Shown here: one piece after another, positions 1 to 9,942 of the stretch
Layout: each line of letters begins with the position of its first letter
Position numbering within the stretch: position 1 is the first letter of the stretch
Assembly (NCBI GenBank): GCA_051117555.1
Contig: JBNPEG010000079.1
Span: 1 to 48,605, forward strand
Reading direction: 5' to 3'
DNA from: Elainellaceae cyanobacterium
GTDB lineage: Bacteria > Cyanobacteriota > Cyanobacteriia > CAZCXK01
DNA length: 48,605 bases
The notes under the pieces: generated by a model
The model's database searches: none
The model's input: the letters and a program-made list of their open reading frames with translations, nothing else
What the model was told of the DNA's origin: nothing
Translations under genes and position numbers: made by a program

Positions 1-76
1 ATTTTGAGAGGATTCATATCTCAACTTCTTCAAACGAGATATCCTTTTTTCTCCATTCAACATCGCCAAATTAAAA

Positions 77-161
77 TATAGCGATCTTAAATCGCTCGTA
101 AATTGTGGGTGGTGGGGCGGGCCTGCCCCCCACCACTCACAACCCATCTGGGATTGGTATA
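77..161 (+). mobile_element. TATAGC...GCTATA-type miniature element (family A) with internal GC hairpin
   Basis: Imperfect terminal IRs tatagcgatcttaaat / atctgggattggtata; hairpin gtgggtggtggggc..gccccccaccactcac; near-identical copies at 8786-8877 and, inverted, at 38779-39016. Confidence 0.75.
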
Positions 162-164
162 TTT

Positions 165-303
165 GGGCGCATGTCACTTTTGTAGCCCTCACCCTAAATC
201 CCTCTCCCAAAGCGGGAGAGGGACTTCAATCCGGCTCCCCTTCTCCCTGCTTGGGAGAAGGGGTTGGGGGATGAGGGCAAATTTGCAAAGGTGACATGTT
301 CCC
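165..303. mobile_element. 139-bp MITE with 18-bp imperfect TIRs and 8-bp target-site duplication
   Basis: TIRs gggcgcatgtcacttttg / caaaggtgacatgttccc; direct repeat gtatattt at 157-164 and 304-311; internal CCCTCACCCTAAATCCCTCTCCC-type cyanobacterial hairpin repeat. Confidence 0.8.
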
Positions 304-563
304 GTATATTTTCTCTAAAATCACTCGACTAAGTTGTCAATAAATGAGAGTTTTGTTTTACTACATGTAGTGATTGCACAATCATTATTTCGCACAGAGA
401 TTACAGTTATTTTAGTTTTTTAAGTTCAATCTCCGTGTATCGTTGCACGTCAGATTGCATCTTTAATTAAAAACAGTTTGACTATCTCTTTTGACTATTT
501 GTATAAATTGGGAATGCGATCGCCCGCTTCGTGCTCCGTCTTAGCCATCATTCCAACAGAGCC

Positions 564-2402
564 ATGACTGAGGAAAATAAGCCAAATAACCATTCAGATT
601 TTTCCCAATTCGCAGATTTTGCCAGTTTGGGATTGCCCTTCAATTTGGGAGACCCGAATCCTGATAATGAAAGTACCTTTGGTGAATCATCTGCTTCATC
701 ACCCAGATTAGACGATTGGCAAACCGTCGACTTTCCACAGGCAATCAGCATAGATGCGATCCATCGACAGTCTCTATATACTCAAGAAATTATGCAGTCT
801 AATCCCCCCGACGGTCATCCAAATTCACCCAATGAGGATATGAGTCAACTCAACAATGCTGAGTTGGTTCAGCTCATTCAGGAGTTGAATCAGTGCAACC
901 ACGCCCTGATGGAACGGATTACCCGCCTTGAACATGAGCTTGAGCAAGGTCAACAAGCGTTGCAATCTGAAGTGGTGCGATCGCAAGAGGCTGAATCAAC
1001 TCGCTTGGCATCTTCAGGCAGCTCTGCGGCGCAGGGGCAAGTCGACTATTTATTAAATCAGCTAGAGTATGCCCAGCAAACCCATCAGCGCCAAGAAATT
1101 TTGATTGAAACCTTGAACCATCAGCTTCAAGCCAGTCAAGAGAGGGTGGTTCAGATTGAGCAAGACTATGCACGGCTCCAAAAGAGCCATGCTGAGCAAT
1201 CTCGTGAACTAAAGCAGTCTGAGCATCTATGCCGAGATTTGCAGATGCGCCTTCAACGTCAGCAACGCTATACGATGCAGTTCAAGGTGGCGTTAGAAAA
1301 ATGTCTCGAAGTTCCACCGCCTAGCTATGAATCAAGCCAAGGTCAGGTACAAGAGCAGAGTCACGTTGATCCAATATTATCCAATCTACAGGGCACAGTA
1401 CTTACTCAACCCTTCTTGCCCAAAGTTCATCACATCAAGCCTTGGTCGACCCAGTCCGATTCTAGAGCAGCAGCAGATGAGCCCCAATCAATTTCGTCAG
1501 AGCAAAATCCAGACCTAACTGCTCCCGTCGAGATTGGCGATGCCTCTACACGTGAGGCGACCCATTCATCTCCCCTCTCATTCACAGCCGCCCCTCGTCT
1601 CTCCCAAGCCCAAGCACGATTTCAAGCAACGCTGTCGGAGTTGGCGCGCGCGTCAGTCGACCCCCCAAATGAGGCGATCGCTCCTTCATCGGCTATTCCA
1701 TCTGAGCCTTCAACTCCATCCTCTCCTCCAACGCATTCTCCAATGCAGTCTGTCGGGTCGCCTCCTCATCAGCCTCCTATATCAGAATCTCCTGACAGCT
1801 CACATATCGCTGACTCGGCGACTGCATCCGAGACGGTCGGTTTAACTACTGATTTAGAAACCGCGATGCATGCGCTCCAAAAATCGGACATCGTCGACTC
1901 ATCGTCATCGACAGATGATGATGCCCTATGGCGCGATCTAGCTAAGTTGGTTGATGCATCGGCAGACGACGTTCTCAAAGCTCAATCGGCTCAAGATTTT
2001 GAGACGTTTTCTGGCACAGACGTACCTCCCTCCATTTTCTCTAAACCGGGGCATCCCCTGTCGAGGTCTTCACAATCTGAGGATCAATCTGCGGGTTCTC
2101 CATCGCCGCAAGAAAGTCAATCCCCCCCATTGAGTTCGAGTCGGTCTATCGATTTGCCTGATCCAAATCACTCAAAGTCAGTTCCGTTAACTGGTTCGCC
2201 ATCCATTCCCGCTCACGATAGTTCTTCGTCTGAGACTTCCGCTCCAGATACTCAACAGCAGAAAAACTCAAATTCATCAGAGCAGGCTGCCCCTGCGCTT
2301 AATCGCGTAACGTGTCCGTCTCCATTAGTGTATCCAGCTCGCCCGCTTAAAAAACGTGCCTCATTAGCAGCGGTGGATTTGCCGACCTTTCCTCGCAAGT
2401 AG
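564..2402 (+). CDS. Hypothetical cyanobacterial coiled-coil protein with long S/P-rich disordered region
   Basis: 623-aa ORF (ATG at 564 preferred); Q/E/L heptad-rich N-terminal half; C-terminal PSPLVYP..KKRASLAAVDLPTFPR motif. Confidence 0.8.
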   Translation: MTEENKPNNHSDFSQFADFASLGLPFNLGDPNPDNESTFGESSASSPRLDDWQTVDFPQAISIDAIHRQSLYTQEIMQSNPPDGHPNSPNEDMSQLNNAELVQLIQELNQCNHALMERITRLEHELEQGQQALQSEVVRSQEAESTRLASSGSSAAQGQVDYLLNQLEYAQQTHQRQEILIETLNHQLQASQERVVQIEQDYARLQKSHAEQSRELKQSEHLCRDLQMRLQRQQRYTMQFKVALEKCLEVPPPSYESSQGQVQEQSHVDPILSNLQGTVLTQPFLPKVHHIKPWSTQSDSRAAADEPQSISSEQNPDLTAPVEIGDASTREATHSSPLSFTAAPRLSQAQARFQATLSELARASVDPPNEAIAPSSAIPSEPSTPSSPPTHSPMQSVGSPPHQPPISESPDSSHIADSATASETVGLTTDLETAMHALQKSDIVDSSSSTDDDALWRDLAKLVDASADDVLKAQSAQDFETFSGTDVPPSIFSKPGHPLSRSSQSEDQSAGSPSPQESQSPPLSSSRSIDLPDPNHSKSVPLTGSPSIPAHDSSSSETSAPDTQQQKNSNSSEQAAPALNRVTCPSPLVYPARPLKKRASLAAVDLPTFPRK

Positions 2403-2496
2403 TTCAACAATTAGCTAGCTCTTGAAATGAATTACAAGGGGCGAATGGTCTGAAACTAGCCTATAAGCTAAAACTACCGTCAACGCATGATCCCGT

Positions 2497-3480
2497 ATGC
2501 GAGCAGTTGTCCTTAACGAATATGGCGGGCCAGAGGTCCTCAAGGTTTGCGAGATTCCTGAGTTAGAAGCGGGGCCGGGAGAGGTGCGTGTTCGAGTGAT
2601 GGCATCAGCGCTCAATCGGGCTGATATCCTTCAACGTCGAGGAATGTACCCATCGCCTCAGCCATCAGCCTATGAAATTCCTGGGCTGGAATTTTCAGGC
2701 ACCATTGACTCTGTGGGAACAGGGGTCACGGGTTGGCAACGTGGCGATCGCGTCTTTGGGTTGTTGAGCGGAGGTGGCTACGCCGAACAAGTGATTGTGC
2801 CGGAGCGAATGCTGATGACGATCCCTGAGAATCTCAGCGTCGAAGTAGCGGCAGCTATTCCTGAGGTGTTTTTCACCGCCTATGATGCTCTTTGCAAAGC
2901 CAATATTCAGGCAGGCGAACGGGTTTTGATCCATGCTGGCGCTAGTGGTGTGGGCATTGCAGCAACCCAACTCGCTAAGCTGATGGGAGCTCACAATGTA
3001 TTGGTGACCAGTCGAACTGCCTGGAAGCTTGAAAAATGTCTGGAATTGGGAGCCGACTCTGTTATTAATACGTCTGACGAAGAGTTTGACCAGGCTGTGC
3101 TAGCCATAACAGGCGATCGCGGAGCTGATGTCATTCTAGATTTTGTAGGCGCTAATTACCTGAGTCAAAACTTGAACGCTGCGGCGCTTGAAGGGCGGAT
3201 CATTCAAATTGCCACACTCAGCGGCTCGATAGCCGAAATAAATCTCAGAACGCTGATGGGTAAACGTCTTCGACTTGAAGGAACAACCCTCCGCAGCCGC
3301 CCAATCGAACAAAAAATAGTGCTGACTCAGCAGTTTATCAATCAGCTCTTACCTTTGTTTGGCAGCGGACGTCTCATTCCCATTATCGATTGCAGCTTTA
3401 GCCTGAATGATATTGCTGATGCACATCGATATATGGAAGCCAATCGTAACATCGGCAAGATTCTGATCACCCTTCAATAG
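2497..3480 (+). CDS. NAD(P)H-quinone oxidoreductase (PIG3/zeta-crystallin MDR family)
   Basis: ALNRADILQRRG.YP, PGLEFSG, HAGASGVG, GTTLRSRP, EANRNIGKI motifs. Confidence 0.92.
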   Translation: MRAVVLNEYGGPEVLKVCEIPELEAGPGEVRVRVMASALNRADILQRRGMYPSPQPSAYEIPGLEFSGTIDSVGTGVTGWQRGDRVFGLLSGGGYAEQVIVPERMLMTIPENLSVEVAAAIPEVFFTAYDALCKANIQAGERVLIHAGASGVGIAATQLAKLMGAHNVLVTSRTAWKLEKCLELGADSVINTSDEEFDQAVLAITGDRGADVILDFVGANYLSQNLNAAALEGRIIQIATLSGSIAEINLRTLMGKRLRLEGTTLRSRPIEQKIVLTQQFINQLLPLFGSGRLIPIIDCSFSLNDIADAHRYMEANRNIGKILITLQ

Positions 3481-3526
3481 TGTGAGTTTTACCCACCGCT
3501 GCCCGCCAGAGTGGATGGATGTGATT

Positions 3527-3733
3527 CTATACGCTCGGTTCGCGGAAGTTGCACCGCTTGAGACACCGCTCTAGATGCTCGACTTGCTGTTGTCGTCTAA
3601 ATTGAGGCAAAAGCGGCAGATATTTAAGAGTCCATGCTTTGAGATAAGTCCGTAAGGAATTCATAAGACATATTTGCACGTATAAGGATATCGATAGGCC
3701 GAGTAATAAAAGTGCTACAGCGCCAGACAGCAA
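3527..3733 (-). CDS. Possible small membrane-anchored hypothetical protein
   Basis: 68-aa ORF in an intergenic gap with hydrophobic N-terminus; TTG start, no clear RBS. Confidence 0.3.
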   Translation of the reverse strand: MLSGAVALLLLGLSISLYVQICLMNSLRTYLKAWTLKYLPLLPQFRRQQQVEHLERCLKRCNFREPSV

Positions 3734-4106
3734 GATTTGACCTCAGACGCGTCCATGCTGGCAAACGTTCTGAGGCATTGTCGACACACTTTAGAGTACC
3801 CTCACCAACTCGACTTTCAACGATGCTGAGCGTAAATTTTGGATGAAATTAGCGCGATCGCCCCGATTGGATACCCCGATAGTAGGAGGATGATATCCCC
3901 CGATCAGAGGAACTCGACTAGACGACTGGAGTCCCTCTTTTTGGTGAAGTTGCAGCCTGTAAATCTACCTAAGGTAAAAGGAGTCATCAGCCAATTCAGG
4001 AGGTGACCTATCGCCTCCAGTGATTAGCAGATTAAACCTATAGATTGGGAAATATATAACAAGATTGTGGATCTAATGTTGGCTCTGAGTTGTAGAGGAA
4101 ACCACT

Positions 4107-4292
4107 ATGAAACGTGCCCTTACTAAATCAGAAATAGGAGAGCTGGTTCTCCGACTCGTATTAGCGGGATATTATCCAGGCCAGCACTTTATCTTGACTG
4201 AAGATGGTCAAGTTTTGGCGAGCCCAGAAGCACGCTCTTTTCTAAAGCACACTCCTGTGTGGGCTTCATCTGAGCGACTGCTTAGCCGCTAA
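4107..4292 (+). CDS. Small hypothetical protein (61 aa)
   Basis: ATG preceded by AGAGGA RBS; fills intergenic gap; protein-like composition. Confidence 0.6.
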   Translation: MKRALTKSEIGELVLRLVLAGYYPGQHFILTEDGQVLASPEARSFLKHTPVWASSERLLSR

Positions 4293-4380
4293 TCGAATCG
4301 TGTAATCAAAATGGATGATTTTTGTTGGATCGAGTGAGTATCCTGGCTGGCAAGCGATCGCCTGTAGGTCTGAGTCGGGC

Positions 4381-5895
4381 TTACTTTGAATCAATTAGCC
4401 AGTAGGTAAGCATTTCGCCTCGTCCCTTGATGGGGATCGATCCCCGTGGCTCTAAATTGAAGTTAGCCTTGAGGCATTCATAGGTACTGGGTGTGACCTG
4501 AACACGTCCGGGTTCGCCCGTTGACTCCATGCGATTTGCGATATTGACGGTGTCGCCCCATAGGTCATAGCTAAATTTTTTAATGCCAATCACTCCCGCG
4601 ACGACAGACCCTGTATTGATGCCGATGCGAAGCTGAAAGGGTTGGTTATCGCTGCGGACAAATCGAGTAATTTCCCTCTGCATATCTAGCGCCATTTGCG
4701 CGGCTGCCGTTGCGTGATCCCGCCGAGGAATGGGCAAGCCAGATGCTGCCATATACGCGTCTCCAATGGTTTTAATCTTTTCAAGACCGTATCGTTCGGC
4801 GAGGTGATCGAAGGTCGAAAAAATGTCGTTTAGCAAGTTGACCAACTCCTTGGGGGGAATCTGCCTAGACGCTGCGGTGAAGTTCACTAGATCAGCAAAT
4901 AGAACGGTTATGTTATCAAAGCTATCGGCGATGGTGTTTGGGTGAGATTTTAGCCGCTGGGCAATCTGGTAGGGCAAGATGTTGATGAGCAGGCGTTCAG
5001 ATTGACGACGGTGATAGCGCAGTTCGGTTTCCATTTGATGGCGATCGCTGATGTCTTGTACCGTTCCCTCATAATGCAAAATTTGTCCGTCGCCATCATA
5101 AACAACCCAAATATTCTCGCTAATCCAAATCGTCGTACCGTTTTTTCGATAGACGTGCGATTCGGCTTCAGAAATCCGTCCGTATACGCGTAGATAAGCA
5201 TTCAATTCATCTCGGCGTTTGGGTTGCACATAGAGCTGTTGATCAATATTGGTAATGTGGTTGATTAACTCTTCCGGAGAGTCGTACCCGTAAATCTGAG
5301 AGAGCGCTGGATTCACGCTGAGAAATCGACCCTCTGGCGATGATTGAAAAATGCCTTCATTGGCATTTTCAAAAATGCTGCGATATTTCATCTCAGCCTG
5401 TCGTAGGGCAAGTTCGGCATGTTGACGTTCGTAGATTTCTTGCTGGAGCAGCACATTTTGATGCCTGAGCTGCTGCTGCTGCCGATAAAGCATCAGTTGG
5501 CTCCGCGCTCGTGCCAAGACTTCTTCTGCGTGAAACGGTTTAGTAATGTAGTCTGCTCCGCCTACTGAAAATGCTTTGGTCTTGTCGAGAGCATCATCTG
5601 ACTGCCCTAGAAAAATGACCGGAACATCTTTTGTCTCTGCGCTGGACTTAAACTGACAACACAAATCGTAGCCCGCGATGGTTGAAAGCTGAACATCCAA
5701 CATAATCAAGTCAGGTTTGGATATCAGCACATCATCCAATGCCGTTGTGTCAGTAGCGGCTCGTTTAACGAGATAACCTGCTGAAGCCAGCAACTCACAC
5801 AGCTTACAATCTTGACTGGAGCGATCGCCAATCACAAGAACATTGGCGCAGATCTGAGATATGAAATGATCCTCCACACTCTCTTCCAGATTCAT
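4381..5895 (-). CDS. Class III adenylate cyclase with REC and PAS domains
   Basis: N-terminal receiver (PDLIMLDV, ADYITKPF), PAS (IFENANEGIF, VNPAL), cyclase VLFADLVNFT, KIKTIGDAYM, YDLWGDTVN; K and D residues indicate ATP specificity. Confidence 0.92.
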   Translation of the reverse strand: MNLEESVEDHFISQICANVLVIGDRSSQDCKLCELLASAGYLVKRAATDTTALDDVLISKPDLIMLDVQLSTIAGYDLCCQFKSSAETKDVPVIFLGQSDDALDKTKAFSVGGADYITKPFHAEEVLARARSQLMLYRQQQQLRHQNVLLQQEIYERQHAELALRQAEMKYRSIFENANEGIFQSSPEGRFLSVNPALSQIYGYDSPEELINHITNIDQQLYVQPKRRDELNAYLRVYGRISEAESHVYRKNGTTIWISENIWVVYDGDGQILHYEGTVQDISDRHQMETELRYHRRQSERLLINILPYQIAQRLKSHPNTIADSFDNITVLFADLVNFTAASRQIPPKELVNLLNDIFSTFDHLAERYGLEKIKTIGDAYMAASGLPIPRRDHATAAAQMALDMQREITRFVRSDNQPFQLRIGINTGSVVAGVIGIKKFSYDLWGDTVNIANRMESTGEPGRVQVTPSTYECLKANFNLEPRGSIPIKGRGEMLTYWLIDSK

Positions 5896-6171
5896 GAATA
5901 TTCATCGCGGAGTGGATTTTGGAATTATGGTCTCAGACTTCCCAAAATCTGGGAAAGTTCAACTTATTTACAGGTTAGTTCTTATTCTTTAGGCTGTGCT
6001 AAATTGTGTGACACATTCGGTGCGCCTCAAATTTCGTCTGTTTGGCAACTGAATACCGCCTCAAGACAGACAGGCGTTCTCTATGGACGGATTTATAATC
6101 ACTTCGTTTGTTTGAATAAGGGCTCAACTCGGGTCTGCCGTAGATTAACTTGTCGGATTGTAAAGGTATAA

Positions 6172-8715
6172 GTGACTGTGATTGCAACAACGCGTTCCCA
6201 GATTTTTCTTGTAGAGGATGAAACTCAAGCGCTGCTAGATTGGGCAGCGCAGGTGCAACAGTCGGACGAAACGATATTTCACAAAGCACAAACCTTAGCG
6301 ACTCGTCTAGGCGCTCATTATCGATCTGATGGGCTAACTCAAATCGGGTTTTGGGCGCCAGAATTGGGCGCTGATATGATTCAACCTAAAAATATTTATT
6401 TAGAGATTCTCACGCCTAAAAGTCAGATTGATTCCCGCTTACCTCTCCAGACCGCCCGATTTCGAAAAGACTATGTCCAGCTTGAAAAGCAAGGTGAATA
6501 CTTTTGGGGCGTGATTGCCGGGATGCGTCCTGGGACTCGCGATCAGCTAGGCTCTTTCTATTGGTTGCAGTATTTAGACATGAATACCAATGAGGTGCGA
6601 ATCATTGGGGACTGTCTTGCATATTCTCTGCCTTACGGAGTGTATGCGCCTGCTGAACTCTATGACATGGATGGTCTGCAACATCGTCGGGGCGATCGCC
6701 ACTATTTTGGGCAAGGCGAAGCCAACGAAGCTGGTGTCATTCAAGTACATCCGCCTCGCAACATTCTCCAACTGCATATCAATACTGCCTCTCCAGATGG
6801 AACATTGGCAGGGCTCACTCGAATATATCAGCGAATTTCTGACAAGCTAGCCGCTCAGGAGTCATTAACACCCGCAGAAGAAAGTTTCATTGGATATGAC
6901 GCAGTGCAGCTTTTACCAATCGAACCCATAGTCGAATATCGAGCTGACCACGATATTGGGCAAGGTTTTTTTAATATCAGCGATAACGACTTAAATAGCA
7001 TGGACCCTGATACGGAAGGCGTCGACCACGAAGAGGGCGATATTCGAGTCACACTGAAAAAGCCGAATACCCAAAACTGGGGCTACGACATCGTTATTTT
7101 TAGTTCATCTGCAACCAATCCAGCAGTTTTAGAGACTCTTCGCCCGGATGAGTTAATCGAATTCATTTCAACGCTCCATAGCATCTCAACAGGCCCAATT
7201 CAGGTCATCTATGACATTGTTTACGGGCATGCCGATAACCAAGCGATTGATTTGTTGAACGGACGTTTCCTGAAAGGTCCCAATATGTATGGGCAAGATG
7301 TTAATCATCAAAATCCGACGGTGCGCGCCATTTTGCTTGAAATGCAACGACGCAAAAGCAATACAGGAATCGATGGGATTCGCGTAGATGGAGCACAAGA
7401 CTTCAAGTTCTTCAACCCGTTCTCAGGTCGTGTGGAATACGACGACCAATACTTAAGTGAGATGGCAGAAGTCATTCAAGAAATTGGAGAACACAAGCGT
7501 CGGCTGTTTTCAATCTTCGAAGATGGTCGTCCTTGGCCCGCTGAAGGTTGGGAAGAAATTTCGACCTATCGCGATATCATCGCTTTCAAGCCCGACTGTT
7601 TCCAATGGGGGCCGCTGATTTTTGCTCACAATACGCCGAGCATTAAAAAATTCTGGGACAAAAAATGGAAGCGGGTTTGTGAGGTCATGCAGATCGGTGA
7701 AAACTGGATTACGGGTTGCGGCAACCATGACACCCTGAGACGCGGAACCCAAGTCGATACATCGCTCCCTATTAACTGGAACCTAGGTGAAACGCTGCCT
7801 GGTGTGTTGCATAACGCCTATGACAATCCAGCGATTATGCTCTGGGTCTATGGATTTAGTCCTGGACTGCCGATGGACTTTATCAATTGCACTATGCGAG
7901 CTCCGTGGGGATTTTTAAGAAATACCGACGATCGATATGGGGTTAAAGTTGTTGCCGAGGAAGCAGGTGGTTTCTTGGATTGGCAAATCACTCCGGATAT
8001 CTACAAAATGGCAGACGTGTTTCCACGCCTAAAAGCGATTGGATTTACCAAATTGGGTGAACTCCGCCAGTTCATGGAAGGTCTTTATGATGCAATCGAG
8101 GAAACAAATTATGACCTAGAAGAAGTTGCCCGAATTTGCCAGAGGAACTTGGGATCGGATGTCGAGACAGAATCGGTGAAAGAGGAAGCTAAGCAGCGTC
8201 GCTCAGCCGCAAAGCTCCAAAAGCTTAATGTGCCAGATAAGTCTCAAGTCTTAACTGAATTAGACGTCGGCAAATTAAAGGAAATTGCCCACAACTTTAT
8301 GGAAGATGCCCATGACATTGCCAATGTTTGGAGACATGAAACCAAGCTGAATCCTGAACAAACGGCTTATAATCTTCGGCTTCGCCGCTTTCGTCAGGTC
8401 AACGCTTGGTTAATGGCAAATTTGTCGGGACTCGATCGCTTTAATCGGGTAAGCGACGACGATACAACTATTTTTTATGGACTCCGCAGCGAGCCTGGCG
8501 AGGACGGCGATCGCCCGTTAAAGCACATCGCAATGGTTGCCAATATGGGAGGAGAACCGATGAATGTCACATTGGGCGACTGGCTGCAAATCGATTGGAG
8601 TGAGTGGTCAGTGGCGATCGCCTCACCAGGATTAGACATTGGCAGTACCCCAGAGGATTGGCGTGCGTTTGAGCTCAAGGATAGTCAAGCAGTATTATTC
8701 GAGAAAGTTGAGTAG
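6172..8715 (+). CDS. gghA: Glucosylglycerol hydrolase (Slr1670-like, GH13-like fold)
   Basis: 847 aa; NWGYD, GPNMYGQD, DGIRVDGAQDF, FEDGRPWP, GCGNHDT motifs recognised as the cyanobacterial GghA family. Confidence 0.85.
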   Translation: MTVIATTRSQIFLVEDETQALLDWAAQVQQSDETIFHKAQTLATRLGAHYRSDGLTQIGFWAPELGADMIQPKNIYLEILTPKSQIDSRLPLQTARFRKDYVQLEKQGEYFWGVIAGMRPGTRDQLGSFYWLQYLDMNTNEVRIIGDCLAYSLPYGVYAPAELYDMDGLQHRRGDRHYFGQGEANEAGVIQVHPPRNILQLHINTASPDGTLAGLTRIYQRISDKLAAQESLTPAEESFIGYDAVQLLPIEPIVEYRADHDIGQGFFNISDNDLNSMDPDTEGVDHEEGDIRVTLKKPNTQNWGYDIVIFSSSATNPAVLETLRPDELIEFISTLHSISTGPIQVIYDIVYGHADNQAIDLLNGRFLKGPNMYGQDVNHQNPTVRAILLEMQRRKSNTGIDGIRVDGAQDFKFFNPFSGRVEYDDQYLSEMAEVIQEIGEHKRRLFSIFEDGRPWPAEGWEEISTYRDIIAFKPDCFQWGPLIFAHNTPSIKKFWDKKWKRVCEVMQIGENWITGCGNHDTLRRGTQVDTSLPINWNLGETLPGVLHNAYDNPAIMLWVYGFSPGLPMDFINCTMRAPWGFLRNTDDRYGVKVVAEEAGGFLDWQITPDIYKMADVFPRLKAIGFTKLGELRQFMEGLYDAIEETNYDLEEVARICQRNLGSDVETESVKEEAKQRRSAAKLQKLNVPDKSQVLTELDVGKLKEIAHNFMEDAHDIANVWRHETKLNPEQTAYNLRLRRFRQVNAWLMANLSGLDRFNRVSDDDTTIFYGLRSEPGEDGDRPLKHIAMVANMGGEPMNVTLGDWLQIDWSEWSVAIASPGLDIGSTPEDWRAFELKDSQAVLFEKVE

Positions 8716-8723
8716 TCTATACA

Positions 8724-8761
8724 CTGGTTGCGATCGGAGAACCTGGTTGCGATCGGAGAAC
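8724..8761. repeat. 19-bp tandem duplication
   Basis: ctggttgcgatcggagaac x2 just after the gghA stop. Confidence 0.9.
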
Positions 8762-8785
8762 CATGATTGACGTTATTCTGCCTAC

Positions 8786-8877
8786 TATGGCGATCCTAAA
8801 TCGCTTGTAAATTGTGTGTGAGCGGTGGGGCGATCGCCGACCGCCCCACCGCTCACACCCCATCTAGGATTGCTATA
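8786..8877 (+). mobile_element. Family A miniature element copy
   Basis: tatggcgatcctaaatcgcttgtaaattgtgtgtgagcggtggggcg...cgccccaccgctcacac..atctaggattgctata; homologous to 77-161. Confidence 0.8.
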
Positions 8878-9065
8878 GCAAACAATAGTAGGTGATTCAG
8901 GGAGCATTTCTGTCTGACACTCGTGACGAATTCAGTCATTGGATAGACAATTGATTCACCAACACTACTTGTATTTTTTTAATTGATTCTTCAATGATGG
9001 ACATTCTGACGACTAAGATAGATAGTTAACTTAACCTCTGGTTCACATTGACTGGTCTGTAATAC

Positions 9066-9851
9066 ATGACTTCCGATTCATCTGCGCCAGCAGCCGTTTC
9101 CGCGATTCCTCAATCTACGTTAGACGCAATCTCTAATCCCCAAGTTCGCTTTAAGAGTGAAGGGGGACGGCTATTGTTGCTTCTGCCTCCTGAAATCGAA
9201 ACGAATAATCCATCTGCTTGGGCAGATTTGTGGCAACAGCTTAAACATCGCCTCGATGCTGGAGAGCGATTTTGGCAAGATGAGACTCCTGTTCATCTGA
9301 TTGCGCGCGATCGCCTCCTCGACGTTCGCCAGCTTCAGGCGATCGCAGATGTTTTATCAGACGCGCAGCTCCAGCTTAAGCGAGTGTATACCAGCCGTCG
9401 CCAGACCGCCGTTGCTGCAGCGACCGTAGGTTATTCGGTTGAACAGCATTCTCCTGTGGCTCATCTCAACCAGCCGACGGGTGAAACAGGGCAGCCTTTA
9501 GCCGAGCCGCTCTATATCCAAACCACCGTTCGGTCAGGCATAGAGATTCGCCATCCTGGGCATGTGATTGTTTTAGGCGATGTCAATCCGGGTGGAATGG
9601 TCATCGCGGATGGAGATGTGCTCGTTTGGGGAACATTGCGCGGGCTTGCCCAGGCAGGTGCGATGGGCAATACTCGTTGCGTCATCATGGCACTCCGGAT
9701 GGAGCCCACCCAAATTCGAATCGCCAACTTAGTCGCACGCCCCCCCGAAACCCCACCTTCGCAATACCATCCTGAAATTGCCTACGTGACTCCGAATGGA
9801 ATTCGTATCGCACGGGCCACTGAATTTTCTAAAATGCGGCTACTATCGTGA
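9066..9851 (+). CDS. minC: Septum site-determining protein MinC
   Basis: TVRSG.EIRHPGHV..LGDVNPGG..IADGD..VWG.LRG.A.AG motif; upstream of minD. Confidence 0.95.
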   Translation: MTSDSSAPAAVSAIPQSTLDAISNPQVRFKSEGGRLLLLLPPEIETNNPSAWADLWQQLKHRLDAGERFWQDETPVHLIARDRLLDVRQLQAIADVLSDAQLQLKRVYTSRRQTAVAAATVGYSVEQHSPVAHLNQPTGETGQPLAEPLYIQTTVRSGIEIRHPGHVIVLGDVNPGGMVIADGDVLVWGTLRGLAQAGAMGNTRCVIMALRMEPTQIRIANLVARPPETPPSQYHPEIAYVTPNGIRIARATEFSKMRLLS

Positions 9852-9942
9852 CAAAAATTTGCTGTAAAGTTGGGGTGCAAGACAACGGATCGGGGTTTAT
9901 TCATTGGTTGTCAACGACTACGAACTATAATTTCTGAGACTC

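Noticed and set aside
103..294. 63-aa ORF
   Set aside because: Lies wholly within two miniature elements.
360..384. Palindromes actacatgtagt and tgattgcacaatca as operators
   Set aside because: Short, single-copy and not matched to a motif I can name.
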